A stretch of DNA of 64,000 bases from Eledone cirrhosa (taxonomy: Eukaryota): positions 34,968,001 through 35,032,000 of the forward strand of contig OZ024755.1 of the NCBI GenBank assembly GCA_964016885.1, read 5' to 3'. Under the pieces are notes generated by a model that worked only from the letters and a program-made list of their open reading frames with translations, ran no database searches and had not been told where the DNA came from. The translations under genes were made by a program, and so were the position numbers. Of this stretch, positions 51,191 to 64,000 are shown in pieces. The number at the start of each line of letters is the position of its first letter. The first letter of the stretch is position 1.

Positions 51191-51973
51191 TATTGATCTG
51201 GAATGATCTGTATATAAAGAAAGAGCAGCTTTATAAACTTACTGATTTTACTGAACATTGGAGTTGAAATGAGGCAGGTGTTCTCAACAGGTGAAATGAG
51301 ATTCAAAGTGATTCAATTAAAAATGTCTTTCCTGGAATAGAAAGAAAGAAAGAAAGAAAGAAAAGGGTTTATATTTAATTATCAGGTAAAATTTTACATA
51401 TTTCTAGATTTAAAAAAAAGTGACAAAAAGAGAAAGAGAACAGGAAAAAAAGAAAAATATTTTAAAAAGAGGCTGAGGGGTCTTGTTTTGTATTTTGTTG
51501 TTACTACCCTATTTTTCCACACACTAGCATGGGTTAGACGAGTTGTCATGTTGTGAGATAGGCTAGATCGGGTGACCATGTCTTGCTCATCATCATCATC
51601 ACCGTTTTATGTCCATTCTTCCAAGCTAGCATGGGTTAGACAGGTTGCCCTGTTGTGGGCAGTGCCAGGTCAGGTGACCGTCTTGCTTATACAGAACTGA
51701 TTTGGCTTGATTTCTACAGCTGGATGCCCTTCCTAACACCAACCTCATTTACAGTGAGTGTTGGGTGCTTTTTACCGTGGCACCTACATGACCACTTTAC
51801 AGTGCGGGCTGATGCTTTTTTGTCATGACACCGACATGACCACATTACAGTGGGAAGGGGTAGGGGCATACTGTCTATATGCTTCAGCTTTGGCTTGTAC
51901 CCGTGGGAAGTTGGGTCATCTGTATTACTGCGCAACACCAGAGGTTTCATTTTGGCTTAGTTTCTATGGATGG

Positions 51974-52320
51974 ATCATCATCATCATCATCATTTCATTT
52001 TACGTCCGCTTTTCCCTGCTTGCAAGGGTGGGACGGGAACTGATTCTGGCTTGATTTCTACAGCTGGATACCCTTCCTAACACCAATCTCATTTACAGTG
52101 AGTGCTGGGTGCTTTTTTGCTGTGGCGCTTACACGTCCACTTTGCAGTGGAATGATAGGGACTGGGGTCCCTATCATCTCATTTCTACAGCTGAGTAAAC
52201 TGGAACAATGTGAAATAAAGTGTCTTGCTCAAGGAAACAACACATCACCTGGTCTGAGAATTGAACTCACAACCTTTCGATTGCAAGGTCAATGCTCTAA
52301 CCACTAAGCCATGTGCCTCC
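51974..52320 (-). mobile_element. SINE family B, full length; variant at 56488-56800 (-)
   Basis: Reverse complement of 17697-18031. Confidence 0.9.
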
Positions 52321-53657
52321 ATGATGCCCTTCTAACCACTAAGCCATGTGCCTCCATGATGCCCTTCCTAATGCCAACCACATTTATAGTGAGTACTGGG
52401 TGCTTTTTGTTGAGACACCTACACAACCAGTACACAGTGTGAACTGGGTGTTTTTTGTTTTGATACCTACATGACTTTCTTTACAGTGTGAACATGGTGC
52501 TTTTTTTCAAGACACCTACATGACCACTTTACAGTGTGGGCTGGGTGCTTTTTGTCATGACACCTGCACACCCACCTTATATGAATATAGGAACGTATGT
52601 GTGTGTGTGTGTCTGTGTATGTATACATGTGCGGAGGTGTTTGGGTGTACATGAATATATAATAGATATCTATATCCTGTATAAACTATAGAGTTCTTAA
52701 ATGTGTACTAAAGATAGTATATACACATATATATGACAATTATTGGTTGAAATGCTAAAATATTAAACAATTTGAACCAATGATAATATCTGGTTATAGA
52801 ATACTATATACACATCTGATATTTGGAAATTATGATTGACTATTAGTCAACCGTAATAAGTGTTTGCTTTTTTTCTATTATACTTAAAAAAAAAAGAGAA
52901 AGAAATAAGAACTAAATGAAATACAAACAAAAAATCCAGCAGATAAAACGGTCTAGATATAATGATAATGTTTATTTGAAATATAGTTTGTATATAATAT
53001 CATTTTCACCAATCTATTAAAATTTCCGACAGATTTTCATGCATATTCATTATGTAATCTAGCTAATATAACAAATATATTTAATAGAAAATAAGATATT
53101 TAATATAATGGGGAGGGGGAAGAAAAATATATATTTAAAAAAAACAGAAAAATGCTAAAAATATTACCATCAATTTCTGAATAAATGAGGCGAGTGAAAT
53201 AAAATAGCTTTTATTCTTGAAATTGATTTATACTGGTGCTTTTAACTGAGAATTATAGTTCTAAATATAACCTCAAACTTCAACTGTTCTGTGTGTATTG
53301 AAGAATTCTCTTCAAATTTCTATATTTTTTTCTCTGTGAAGTGGGTTATATTTTCATTTTATTCCTTTGTCAATGGAGATTCCAATGAAAAGAGATAAAC
53401 AAGTACTGCTTTACCAGAGACTAGTTCGCTGCTTTTCTATTTTGTTTTCATAGGGTTTTTAACGATAGGAAACTAGTAGAAAGGACTTTCAGTTATTATA
53501 CAGAAAATATTTCGAAATATAGCTTATTATTCTTCAAACTTACAAAGAAAGAAATAACTACATAGATATATATATAAAAAATGAAACAGTTCTAGTCCTG
53601 TAGAATCTCATCTATATTAAAACTTTTATACTCTGCTATATATATATATATATAAAA

Positions 53658-54529
53658 TAAAATAATTAAGTCAAATATGTAAAATTTGGCTACGTTTATT
53701 ACAAATTATAGATATACTGCTATATATATTTTGGTGACAGCCATCATTGGCTGTGACCTCTTCAGGCAGTCCGAATTGGTGTGGGAAAGACAGGTACACA
53801 TGTTGTTGAAGTGTGTTTTACTCCGTCAATACATCAATATGTCAAGCTCCTGGTAGTGTTATTATTTCTCTTAGGAACTGGAATCATATGAGTTAGAGCA
53901 AACAAATTTTTATTTGATTGGCATCCCCACCACGTGAAATGGTGGCAGAATAGATGCCAATCTACACACACAAATTCTTCTGAACATAGCAGCAGCACAC
54001 TAAAACTGACCTACCAGCTGACCCCTTAACACCACTACCACTAGCAACACAATGGAGGAGGTCAGCTGTACTTAAACAAAAACAACTGCAACAGATTGTC
54101 TTGCCTCAGAAAAATTTCTATAGACTTTTGACTGAGGAATGTTCTCACAACTGACCAATGGGACGCGAGCATGTCCTATGACACCGAAATTCGTTTGTTC
54201 TAACTCATATGATTCCAGTTCCTCAGAGAAATAACAACACTACCAGGAGCTGGACATATCGATGGATTAACGGAGTAAAACACACTTCAACAACATGTGT
54301 ACCTGTCTTTCCCACACCAATTCAGACTGCCTGAAGAGGTCACAGCCAATGATGGCTGTCACCAAAATATATATAGCAGTATATCTATAATTTGTAATAA
54401 ACAACAAATTTTACATATTTGACTTAATTATTTTACATCATTCCGGAGTAAACAAAGCAACCTCCGTACTTCATCGAGTGCTCCAATCTGCATACCGAGG
54501 TGTCGGTAAACAACCAACATATACTCAAA

Positions 54530-54532
<3 letters not shown>
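53658..54532 (+). mobile_element. PLE-like fold-back element: 250-bp inverted arms (53658-53909 / 54187-54435) with a hammerhead at 54326-54380; relative at 58680-58997
   Basis: ACUGC-CUGAAGA-GGUCACAGCCA-auga-UGGCUGUCACC-aAAA-UAUAUA-UA|GCAGU (GAAA mutated to AAAA); flanked by (TA)n. Confidence 0.78.
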
Positions 54533-54567
<35 letters not shown>

Positions 54568-54648
54568 TCATCATTCTCTCTCTCTCTCTCTAAATATGTA
54601 TATATATATATATATATATGTGATAAAATTTGCTCCGAACGAAATACC

Positions 54649-54739
54649 CGTGTCTGAAAGAACCTGCAACCGTAGAATCAGCCAGATCCATACAGGGACC
54701 ATGTCTCGAGCTACCTGCTGGTGAAACAATTGTAACACG
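54649..54739 (+). ncRNA. Hammerhead-like fold with a large loop II and an extra A in the core
   Basis: CGUGU-CUGAAAGA-ACC...GGU-GAAAC-AAUU-GUA|ACACG. Confidence 0.62.
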
Positions 54740-54781
54740 CAATAAATTAAATCCAGATGTATCACTGATTTTTCGTTTTCT

Positions 54782-55060
54782 TTATACTATATATATATAT
54801 ATATACATATATATATCTAAAACAGAGAATGTCTGTCTGTCTGTCTGACTCCTTAAAATCGAGAACCACCCAACTGATTGTTTTCAAACTTTACACATGT
54901 AATACTTATGGTTCGGTGAGTGTTTTGAGCAAAATATATTTCAAATTTTCAATGCCCTAGGAACCGCATTAGGCGATTTAGCGATCTCTCACTATAATTC
55001 TTAGTCTTTCTTTTTAGATAGATGTCTGGCTGTCTGCATTACGACATTATGACTTTGCTA

Positions 55061-55097
<37 letters not shown>

Positions 55098-55421
55098 ATA
55101 TATATAGTGTGTGTGTGTGTATATATATATATATAGTGTGTAACGTTTTTCAAAATATTTACTTCTGCGTTCACAGATTGATTTTGTTAGTTTCAGAAGA
55201 TCCTGATAAGGGTGAAAGCAGAGATTCTTTGCTTAAACTTTAATCTATTATTTTAATATATATATATATAATTATATATTCGTGCACAGATATTTTTACA
55301 TACACAATAACAAAATATAAACAAACGTATTTATTTCACGAGGCTCGATAAGGATAAATATATATCAAATATATATGAGCCCTAGAGCAAATCCCGAGCA
55401 ACGCCAGGCCATTCTGCTAGT
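54782..55421 (+). mobile_element. Probable non-autonomous Helitron with internal insertions
   Basis: 5' region tatactatata...aaaa...(tgtc)n...aaactttacac; 3' end cccgagcaacgccaggc-cattctgCTAG|T (GC-rich hairpin then CTAG). The 5' TC is not clean. Confidence 0.6.
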
Positions 55422-56016
55422 GTTTATATATATATATCATATATATAAAAAATATAACAAAAATAAACAAATATTGGACTAAAAGATTAAAGAAATAGTA
55501 AGGAATATATTCAATCAGCATTAGTTTATTATTAATCAATGGTAAGCTGTTTTATATGTTTAATCCTTGATAAAACTCTTGTTTATTCCCTTCCATATAT
55601 TTATTTACATCCTTTCATCCGTGAAAGTCCATTAATGGTAAATACATTGATATATTTAACCTCCCTTGAAGATTTCAATCAATGATAATATATTTGTTTA
55701 GTTTTCTTTATCTTTCTCCTTTGAAGCCTTTTTCCTTTTGATGTAAGGGGCCCTTTGCAAAGTGACATGTAATTTGTTACAACTGAATATTGCTAAATAG
55801 AAGAAATAGTGAAAAATTGTCAAATGTTTTCTCTCAATTCATGATGATGAATATTTTAAATGTTGTAGAGTTTGTATATATATATATATATATACATACA
55901 ATCATATTATGTATGTATGTTTGTACGTCAGTATGTATGTATATATATATATATTTATATATAAACATACATACATATATATATATATTAAAAAATTTGT
56001 ATATACATATAAAACA

Positions 56017-56054
<38 letters not shown>

Positions 56055-57090
56055 TTCCATATACAAATAAAAACACCAAATATATATATATATATATATG
56101 TGGTGTTTCTATATGTATATGCAAATTTTTATATATATACACATATATAAATGTGTTGTGTGTGTATGTGTATCGCGGAATATATTTGCATGTAATTGTT
56201 TTTAATAGGTAGCTTATAATTAAATTCACTGATTTGCTTTACTAGTTTTTGTTTTATTTTGTTCAGTATTGGAAACCTATCTGGTAATATATATTCAAAC
56301 CATTTATATTGACAAATGATCTTTGAACGTATCTGTACAGGTTTTTCTAATTATTCTGATGGATTCTGTGTTGTATTGATGTATGTTTTCTCACAAACTG
56401 CCAGTAGGTGACAACGGTGGAGCAGAAATATATCATACAGTGAAGATAAGTGTGTAAATATATTTTGAGAGTAAATTATTCACTATATCATCATCATCAT
56501 CACCATTCTACATCCGTTCTTCCACGCTAGCATTTGTTAGACGGATTGTCCTGTTGTGGACAGTCTCCAGTCGGCTGACCATGTCTTGCTCATATGGGAA
56601 CTGATTCTGGCTTGATTTCTGCAGCTCATTTACAGTGAGTGCTGGGTGCTTTTTTCCATGTCTCCGCCACAACCACTTTTGCTGTGGAGTCATAGGGACT
56701 CTAGACCTATCATCTCATTTCTACAGCTGAGTAAACTGGAGCAATGTGAAATAAAGTGTCTTACTCAAGAATTGAACTCACAACCTTTCAATTGCAAGCC
56801 CAATTTTTTTTTTTTCACCTGGGAGTGAAAGGCCTCCAGTTGTTGTCACAACACCCTTCTAGGTGATGTTGACCTTTGGGTAGTGTTTTTGATGCTCAGA
56901 AAGTGGAATTGGTTGAGTGCAAGGACTTTCCCCATGTAAAAAAAACCTTCAAAGCACAGGCATTGCTTGTTTAGTATATGTTACAGGTTTGTGTGGCTGG
57001 CCATAGCCTAAAAGTGCACCAAACTCTATAATCCTCCAAGCAATTGCAGTACTCTTAACAGAGTTTGCAGCCATCATATATATATATTTT

Positions 57091-58085
57091 TCTAGGGCGG
57101 GTAAAATTCCCGAGATCCATGGACGAGTTCTCTCCAGCGGTCTCTGTCCCTCATTATCACTGCCATGTCCTGTGTCTCCAACAAACCAGTGTCTGTCCTT
57201 AGGGCATCAACATACATTAACCTTGGTCTTCCTCTTCCAGTGTGTCCATGCAGGGGCTCTCACAGGAGCACTGAGTGCAATGTCAACTCTGGATGTCGGT
57301 GAGCATGTCCAGCTAACCTCAGTCTCCTCTGTGTCACTTTTGAGCTGACTTTTGGGAGGTTCCCATACAGCTCTGAGTTTTTCATCCTCAATATGTACTG
57401 ATTAATGTTCAGAGCCATCCTCAGCATTCTCGTGTAGCACCCATCTACCATCTGAGTGAGTTTCTTGGTCAGTGTCCAAGTCTCAGACCCATACAGCAGC
57501 ACAGATTCCACTACAGCAATGAAGAGTCGGATTTTAGGTCTTTACGAAGGTCCGACTTCCACACCGATCTCAAGCTGTGGTATGCCGCCCAGGCTTTGCA
57601 CTTCCTCTCAACCACATCATCTTCCGTATTCCCAATCTTTGCTCCCCAAAACAGGAAGTCCTCAATCAATTCTAGCAGCTTCCCGCCTACATTAGTGATC
57701 CCCTCTGGCTTCTCAACATTCTCTACCAGATATTTTGTTTTAGTCTCATTTATTCTCAGCCCCACACTCATCGACACAGTCTCAACCTCCTGCAACAAAT
57801 CCTCTGAAGATAGTGGACCTGATATCACTGCTCTACAACAACACCAAAGCCCAAGTCATAACACCTGATGGGATGACAGAGTTCTTTGAGATACTTGCTG
57901 GAGTGCTCCAGGGAGATACATTGGTTCCCTACCTTTTTATCATCGTAGTGGACTATTGTATGCGCCTTGCACTGGAGAAACACCAGGACTCTGGCTTTAC
58001 TGTAGCACCGGCTCAGAGCAGGAGAGTTAAGGCGAAAAAGATATCGGATGTTGAATTTGCCAATGACATAATTTTGGTGACAAAT
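57091..58085 (-). mobile_element. RTE-clade LINE (family 2) with a 5' inversion: 3' part 57091-57800 (-), upstream RT segment 57800-58085 (+)
   Basis: (+) PLKIVDLISLLYNNT...AGVLQGDTLVPYLF...FANDIILVTN. (-) EDLLQEVETVSMSVGLRINETKTK...DFLFWG...ESVLLYGSETWTL...RRLRLAGH. Confidence 0.88.
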
Positions 58086-58093
58086 ATATATAT

Positions 58094-58431
58094 CATCATT
58101 CATCATCATCATTTCATTTTACGTCCGCTTTTCCCTGCTTGCAAGGGTGGGACGGGAACTGATGCTGGCTTGATTTCTACAGCTGGATGCCCTTCCTAAC
58201 ACCAACCTCATTTACAGTGAGTGCTGGGTGCTTTTTTTTTTGCTGTGGCACCTGCACAACCACTTTGTAGTGGAATGATAGGGACCCCAGCCCTATCATC
58301 TCATTTCTACAGCTGAGTAAACTGGAGCAATGTGTCTTGCTCAAGGAAACAACACATCACCCGGTCTGAGAATTGAACTCACAGCCTTTCGATTGCAAGA
58401 CCAATGCTCTAACCACTAAGCCATGTGCCTC
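58094..58431 (-). mobile_element. SINE family B
   Basis: Reverse complement of 17697-18031. Confidence 0.9.
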
Positions 58432-58798
58432 CATTATATATATATATATATATAAATACAGGTTAGGAGGCAAAGCTTTGGGGTTACTGAAAACGAAGTG
58501 TTAGTAGGTAATCAGGACACAAACAAGAGAAGAAAAGTTTCCCTTCGTCAGCTGTTTACTATGGATCTTTGATGTTTCGGTGTTTAAAACACAACATCAA
58601 TCCGTAGCGTGCCCATGGCCTTTTATCTATCAAAAGGCCATGAGGGAAAGAAGTGATATACATACATACATATATATGTATATGATTCCAGTTTCTCGGA
58701 GGACTAACAACACACCCAGGAGCTGGACATATCGATGAATTGACAGAGTGGAACACATTTCAACACCATGTTTACCTGTTTTTTCTACATTAATTCGT

Positions 58799-58862
58799 AC
58801 TGACTGATGAGGTGACAGCCAATAATGGCTGTCACTGAAATATATATATATATATATAGCAG
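58799..58862 (+). ncRNA. Type I hammerhead with an intact core and a stem III expanded as (UA)n
   Basis: CUGa-CUGAUGA-GGUGACAGCCA-auaa-UGGCUGUCACU-GAAA-(UA)9|gCAG. Confidence 0.68.
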
Positions 58863-59038
58863 AGAATTATAATAAACAAAGCCAAATTTAACATGTTTGA
58901 CTCCCTTATTTTACATTACTCCGGAGTAAACAAAACGAACCGGCATACTTCGTTGAGTGCTCCAGCCTGCATACTGAGGTGTCGGTAACATACTCAATAT
59001 ATATAGATATATATATAAATGTATATATATATAAATGA

Positions 59039-59074
<36 letters not shown>

Positions 59075-59090
59075 GTATATATATAAATGA

Positions 59091-59128
<38 letters not shown>

Positions 59129-59346
59129 GTATATATATAAATGAATATAAATATATATATATATATAAATGTATATATATAAATGAATATAAATATATAT
59201 ATAAATGTATATACATATAGATATAAATATAAATATATATATATATAAATGTATATATAGTAATAATAATAAATGTGAAAATGAAAATTCAAAGAGGGCT
59301 CGATAAGGATAAATATATATCAAATATATAAGAACCGTAGAGCAAA

Positions 59347-59570
59347 TATTTATTAAAATAACAGATTAGAGTTTAAGCAAAGAATCGCTGCTTTCACCCT
59401 TAACGGGGTCTTCTGAACCAGGGAACGTCTTCACGAACCAAAGTATCGAAATGTTTTTCGAAATATTTACTTCTGCGTTCACAGATTGATTTTTTTAGTT
59501 TCAGAAGATCCCATTAAGGGGGAAAGCAGCGATTCTTTGCTTAAACCTTAATCTGTTATTTTAATAAATA
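59347..59570. mobile_element. Fold-back mini-element (arms 59347-59418 / 59498-59570) with a hammerhead-like variant (CAGAAGA core); single copy at 55143-55258
   Basis: GUUU-CAGAAGA-UCCC-auuaag-GGGG-GAAA-GCA...UGC-UU|AAAC. Confidence 0.6.
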
Positions 59571-59586
59571 AATGAATACATATAAA

Positions 59587-59644
<58 letters not shown>

Positions 59645-59647
<3 letters not shown>

Positions 59648-59982
59648 GCACATGGCTTGGTAGCTAGAGCATTGGCCTTGCAATGGAAAGGTTGTGAGTT
59701 CAATTCTCAGACCGGGTGATGTGTCCTTGAGCAAGACACTTTATTTCACATTGCTCCAGTTTACTCAGCTGTAGAAATGAGATGATAGGGACTGGGGTCC
59801 CTATCATTTCACTGTAAAGTGGTCGTGGAGGTGCCACGGCAAAAAAGCACCCAGCACTCACTGTAAACGAGGTTGGTGTTAGGAAGGGCATCCAGCTGTA
59901 GAAATCAAGCCAGAATCAGTTCCCGTCCCACCCTTGCAAGCAGGGAAAAACCGGACGTAAAATGAAATGATGATGATGATGA
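59645..59982 (+). mobile_element. SINE family B, full length
   Basis: Matches 17697-18031. Confidence 0.9.
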
Positions 59983-60999
59983 TATATATATATATATATA
60001 TATATACAAATGGAAGTTTAGTAAAGTCAAAGTTTCAACGGTGGCGAAGGTAGTGATATACAATTAGGTTTGTGCAGCAAAGCGCTCAATAAGGGTGTAT
60101 CACCCTAGAGTAATTAACATACGTTAGATAGCGTGACAAGTTGAAAACTGTGGCTGATGGGCCTAACCACATAATACACCAAAACAACGAAAATTCATTC
60201 AGGTTATATATATCTGTGTGTGTCTACTGTATATATATATCATCATCATCATCATTCGTCGACTACTGTCGAGATGATGGATCTCACTCTCATGCCCCAG
60301 AATTCCCTGTCCCCCATCGCTGCCCCCAGATCCTGTCTACTGATTCCCGTACCCCTAGAGATAACGTCAGGGAATAACAGCTTCCTCCTCCTTATATATA
60401 AGCACCCAGCATATACTGTAAATGTGGTTGGTGTTACGAAGGGCATCCAGCACTAGAAAACAAACCAAAATCACTTGTGTGTGTGTGTGAATAAAGGTCC
60501 TCTAACCTGATCTCTCACAAAAGGACTCCCCGTCCTGCCCATGCTAGCATGGAAAATGGACATTAAACAACGATGATGATGATATATTATGAAACTAATC
60601 CGACAAATTGGCAGAATCATTAGCCAGTCAGAATGTTTGGTTGTATTCATTTGAGTTGAAATCCAGCTCAGTCCAACTTTGCCTTTCATCATTTAAAAGT
60701 CAATAAAAAAAAAATACCTGTTCAATAGAGAAATCAATATTTCCTCCCTCCCACTCGTTATATTTCATTTCTTATTCACAATTTTTCCTTTCTTCTCTAG
60801 AAGAAATTGGTTGTGCTCAGACGTGGAGAAGGGAAGGAATTCAGCATGTTTAAAGTGACCAAGACCTACTGTATGTCATCACTAATGACAGTGTCCCTAC
60901 AACTCCATATATAGACAGATCCACACAGTCAAATTTGGAGTAGTCTAAGTTGCAGATATGTCTCTTCTTACTCTATATAAAGCCCCTACTTACTGGCAC

Positions 61000-63127
61000 T
61001 TCTATCAACCCACACTGCTATACTATAGAGATGACACTGGGTAAAGTCTCTTTTTATCAACCCACACTGCTATACTATAGAGATGACACTGGGTAAAGTC
61101 TCTTTCTATCAACCCACACTGCTATACTATAGAGACGACACTGGGTAAAGTCTCTTTCTATCAACCCACACTGCTATAGAATAGAGATGACACTGGGTAA
61201 AGTCTCTTTTTATCAACCCACACTGCTATACTATAGAGATGACACTGGGTAAAGTCTCTTTCTATCAACCCACACTGCTATACTATAGAGACGACACTGG
61301 GTAAAGTCTCTTTCTATCAACCCACACTGCTATAGAATAGAGATGACACTGGGTAAAGTCTCTTTCTATCAACCGACACTACTATACTATAGAGATGACA
61401 CTGGGTAAAGTCTATCAACCGACACTGCTATACTATAGAGATGACACTGGGTAAAGTCTATCAACCCACACTGCTATACTATAGAGATGACACTGGGTAA
61501 AGTCTCTTTCTGTCAACCCACACTGCTATACTATAGAGATGACACTGGGTAAAGTCTCTTTCTATCAACCCACACTGCTATACTATAGAGATGACACTGG
61601 GTAAAGTCTCTTTCTATCAACCCACACTGCTATACTATAGAGATGACACTGGGTAAAGTCTCTTTCTATCAACCCACGCTGCTATACTATAGAGATGACA
61701 CTGGGTAAAGTCTCTTTCTATCAACCCACACTGCTATACTATAGAGATGACACTGGGTAAAGTCTCTTTCTATCAACCCACACTGCTATACTATAGAGAT
61801 GACACTGGGTAAAGTCTCTTTCTGTCAACCCACACTGCTATACTATAGAGATGACACTGGGTAAAGTCTCTTTCTCTCAACCCACACTGCTATACTATAG
61901 AGATGACACTGGGTAAAGTCTCTTTCTATCAACCCACACTGCTATACTATAGAGATGACACTGGGTAAAGTCTCTTTCTGTCAACCCACGCTGCTATACT
62001 ATAGAGATGACACTGGGTAAAGTCTCTTTCTATCAACCCACGCTGCTATACTAGAGAGATGACACTGGGTAAAGTCTCTTTCTATCAACCCACACTACTA
62101 TACTATAGAGATGACACTGGGTAGAGTCTCTTTTTATCAACCCACACTGCTATACTATAGAGATGACACTGGGTAAAGTCTCTTTCTATCAACCCACACT
62201 GCTATACTATAGAGATGACACTAGGTAAAGTCTCTTTCTATCAACCCACACTACTATACTATAGAGATGACACTGGGTAAAGTCTCTTTCTATCAACCCA
62301 CACTGCTATACTATAGAGATGACACTAGGTAAAGTCTCTTTCTATCAACCCACACTGCTATACTATAGAGATGACACTGGGTAAAGTCTCTTTCTATCAA
62401 CCCACACTGCTATACTATAGAGATGACACTGGGTAAAGTCTATCAACTGACACTGCTATACTATAGAGATCACACTGGCTAAAGTCTATCAACTGACACT
62501 GCTATACTATAGAGATCACACTGGGTAAAGTCTATCAACCGACACTGCTATACTATAGAGATCACACTGGGTAAAGTCTATCAACCGACACTGCTATACT
62601 ATAGAGATCACACTGGCTAAAGTCTATCAACCGACACTGCTATACTATAGAGATCACACTGGGTAAAGTCTATCAACTGACACTGCTATACTATAGAGAT
62701 CACACTGGCTAAAGTCTATCAACCGACACTGCTATACTATAGAGATCACACTGGGTAAAGTCTATCAACTGACACTGCTATACTATAGAGATCACACTGG
62801 CTAAAGTCTATCAACCGACACTGCTATACTATAGAGATGACACTGGGTAAAGTCTATCAACTGACACTGCTATACTATAGAGATCACACTGGCTAAAGTC
62901 TATCAACTGATACTGCTATACTATAGAGATCACACTGGCTAAAGTCTATCAACCCACACTGCTATACTATAGAGATCACACTGGGTAAAGTCTATCAACC
63001 GACACTGCTATACTATAGAGATCACACTGGGTAAAGTCTATCAACCGACACTGCTATACTATAGAGATCACACTGGGTAAAGTCTATCAACCGACACTGC
63101 TATACTATAGAGATGACACTGGGTAAA
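61000..63127. repeat. Satellite of 52-bp units switching to a 46-bp variant after about 62437; about 43 copies
   Basis: Unit tctatcaacccacactgctatactatagagatgacactgggtaaag(tctctt). Confidence 0.96.
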
Positions 63128-63156
63128 AGTGATTTCTATAATAATCTTTACATATA

Positions 63157-63260
63157 CAGGGTGTCCCCAAAAAATATATACACACTTTGATTAACAGTAC
63201 ATGCAATGTTTATTAGAATGCTATTGAAGTATGTATACATTTTTGGTGGGAGACACCCTG
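63157..63260. mobile_element. 104-bp Tc1/mariner-type MITE with a TA TSD
   Basis: ta|cagggtgtccccaaaaaatatatacac ... gtatgtatacatttttggtgggagacaccctg|ta. Confidence 0.8.
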
Positions 63261-63771
63261 TATATGAAACAAGTTGTAAAAGTTGGCCCCTCATAATCTT
63301 GCAAAAGAAATACCCTGACACTAACAGAGTAAATGTACTCCCTTGTTACTCCATGCAGAATAATCAACAGCTTGCCTAAGAGATTATTCCTTCAACATAG
63401 GGACCCAATCGTAACAGCTAGTAACATAGTTGCCATGTTCTTGCAAATCCCACTGACAATGCACATGCTTGTTGCAATTTCAATAATTGCTCAACTGACA
63501 CGCCCACCACATTTTCTTAAACTACACCAAAAGTTTGATCAAAAACAAACAAATATATACAAATATAATTATAACAAAGAAAAAAATATGAAGGTAAAAT
63601 AAACTAAAATATTAAAAAAAACAAAAAACTGAACCCAATCAAGTAGTTAATGTGCAGATGAAATCATGATAGGGAAGGAAAAAACATGTACAAGCAACAA
63701 CAAAAACAACAATAACAAGCGTAGTAGTGAACACAAGCATGGAGTTTACTGCCAATATATAAATATACATA

Positions 63772-63823
<52 letters not shown>

Positions 63824-64000
63824 TGTATATATACATTATATATATATATAAGTGTATATATACATTATATATATATATGAGTGTATATATACATTATATA
63901 TATATAAGTGTATATATATATTATATATATATATGTGTATATATATATTATATATATATATGTGTATATATACATTATATATATAAGTGTATATATACAT

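Noticed and set aside
60801-60870. Plus-strand coding exon (ctag|AAGAAATTG...ACT|gtatgt, open frame)
   Set aside because: Similar sequence follows another diverged SINE at about 46225-46265, so it is probably repeat-derived; the peptide is unrecognisable.

Overview
Repeat-saturated, AT-rich eukaryotic (animal) genomic DNA. The SINE/LINE repertoire and extreme (TA)n/(CA)n/(GGT)n microsatellite load look like a coleoid cephalopod (octopus-like) intronic or intergenic region; this taxonomic call is inference. I found no convincing host protein-coding gene, and nearly all long ORFs in the track are translations of simple repeats. Coding remnants are all transposon-derived: at least three RTE-clade LINE families, a CR1/L2 3' end, a Tx1/L1-type 3' end, a near-intact Naiad-type Penelope-like element (PLE; RT, CxC-CPL Zn knuckle, GIY-YIG, one in-frame TAA) with an inverted terminal repeat, and a second PLE RT fragment. 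Non-coding mobile DNA includes two tRNA-derived SINE families, piggyBac-, hAT- and Tc1/mariner-type MITEs and a probable non-autonomous Helitron. Two patterns stand out. (1) About ten short non-coding elements, from several unrelated families, sit inside (TA)n tracts; they carry type I hammerhead ribozyme folds (palindromic minimal stem III, some with 60-90 nt loop II inserts), and many are fold-back inverted duplications. (2) Six tandem arrays have monomers that trace to specific pieces of neighbouring retroelements (RTE 3'UTR, CR1 and RTE ORF segments, SINE Pol III heads). All folds and alignments were made by eye and need computational confirmation.
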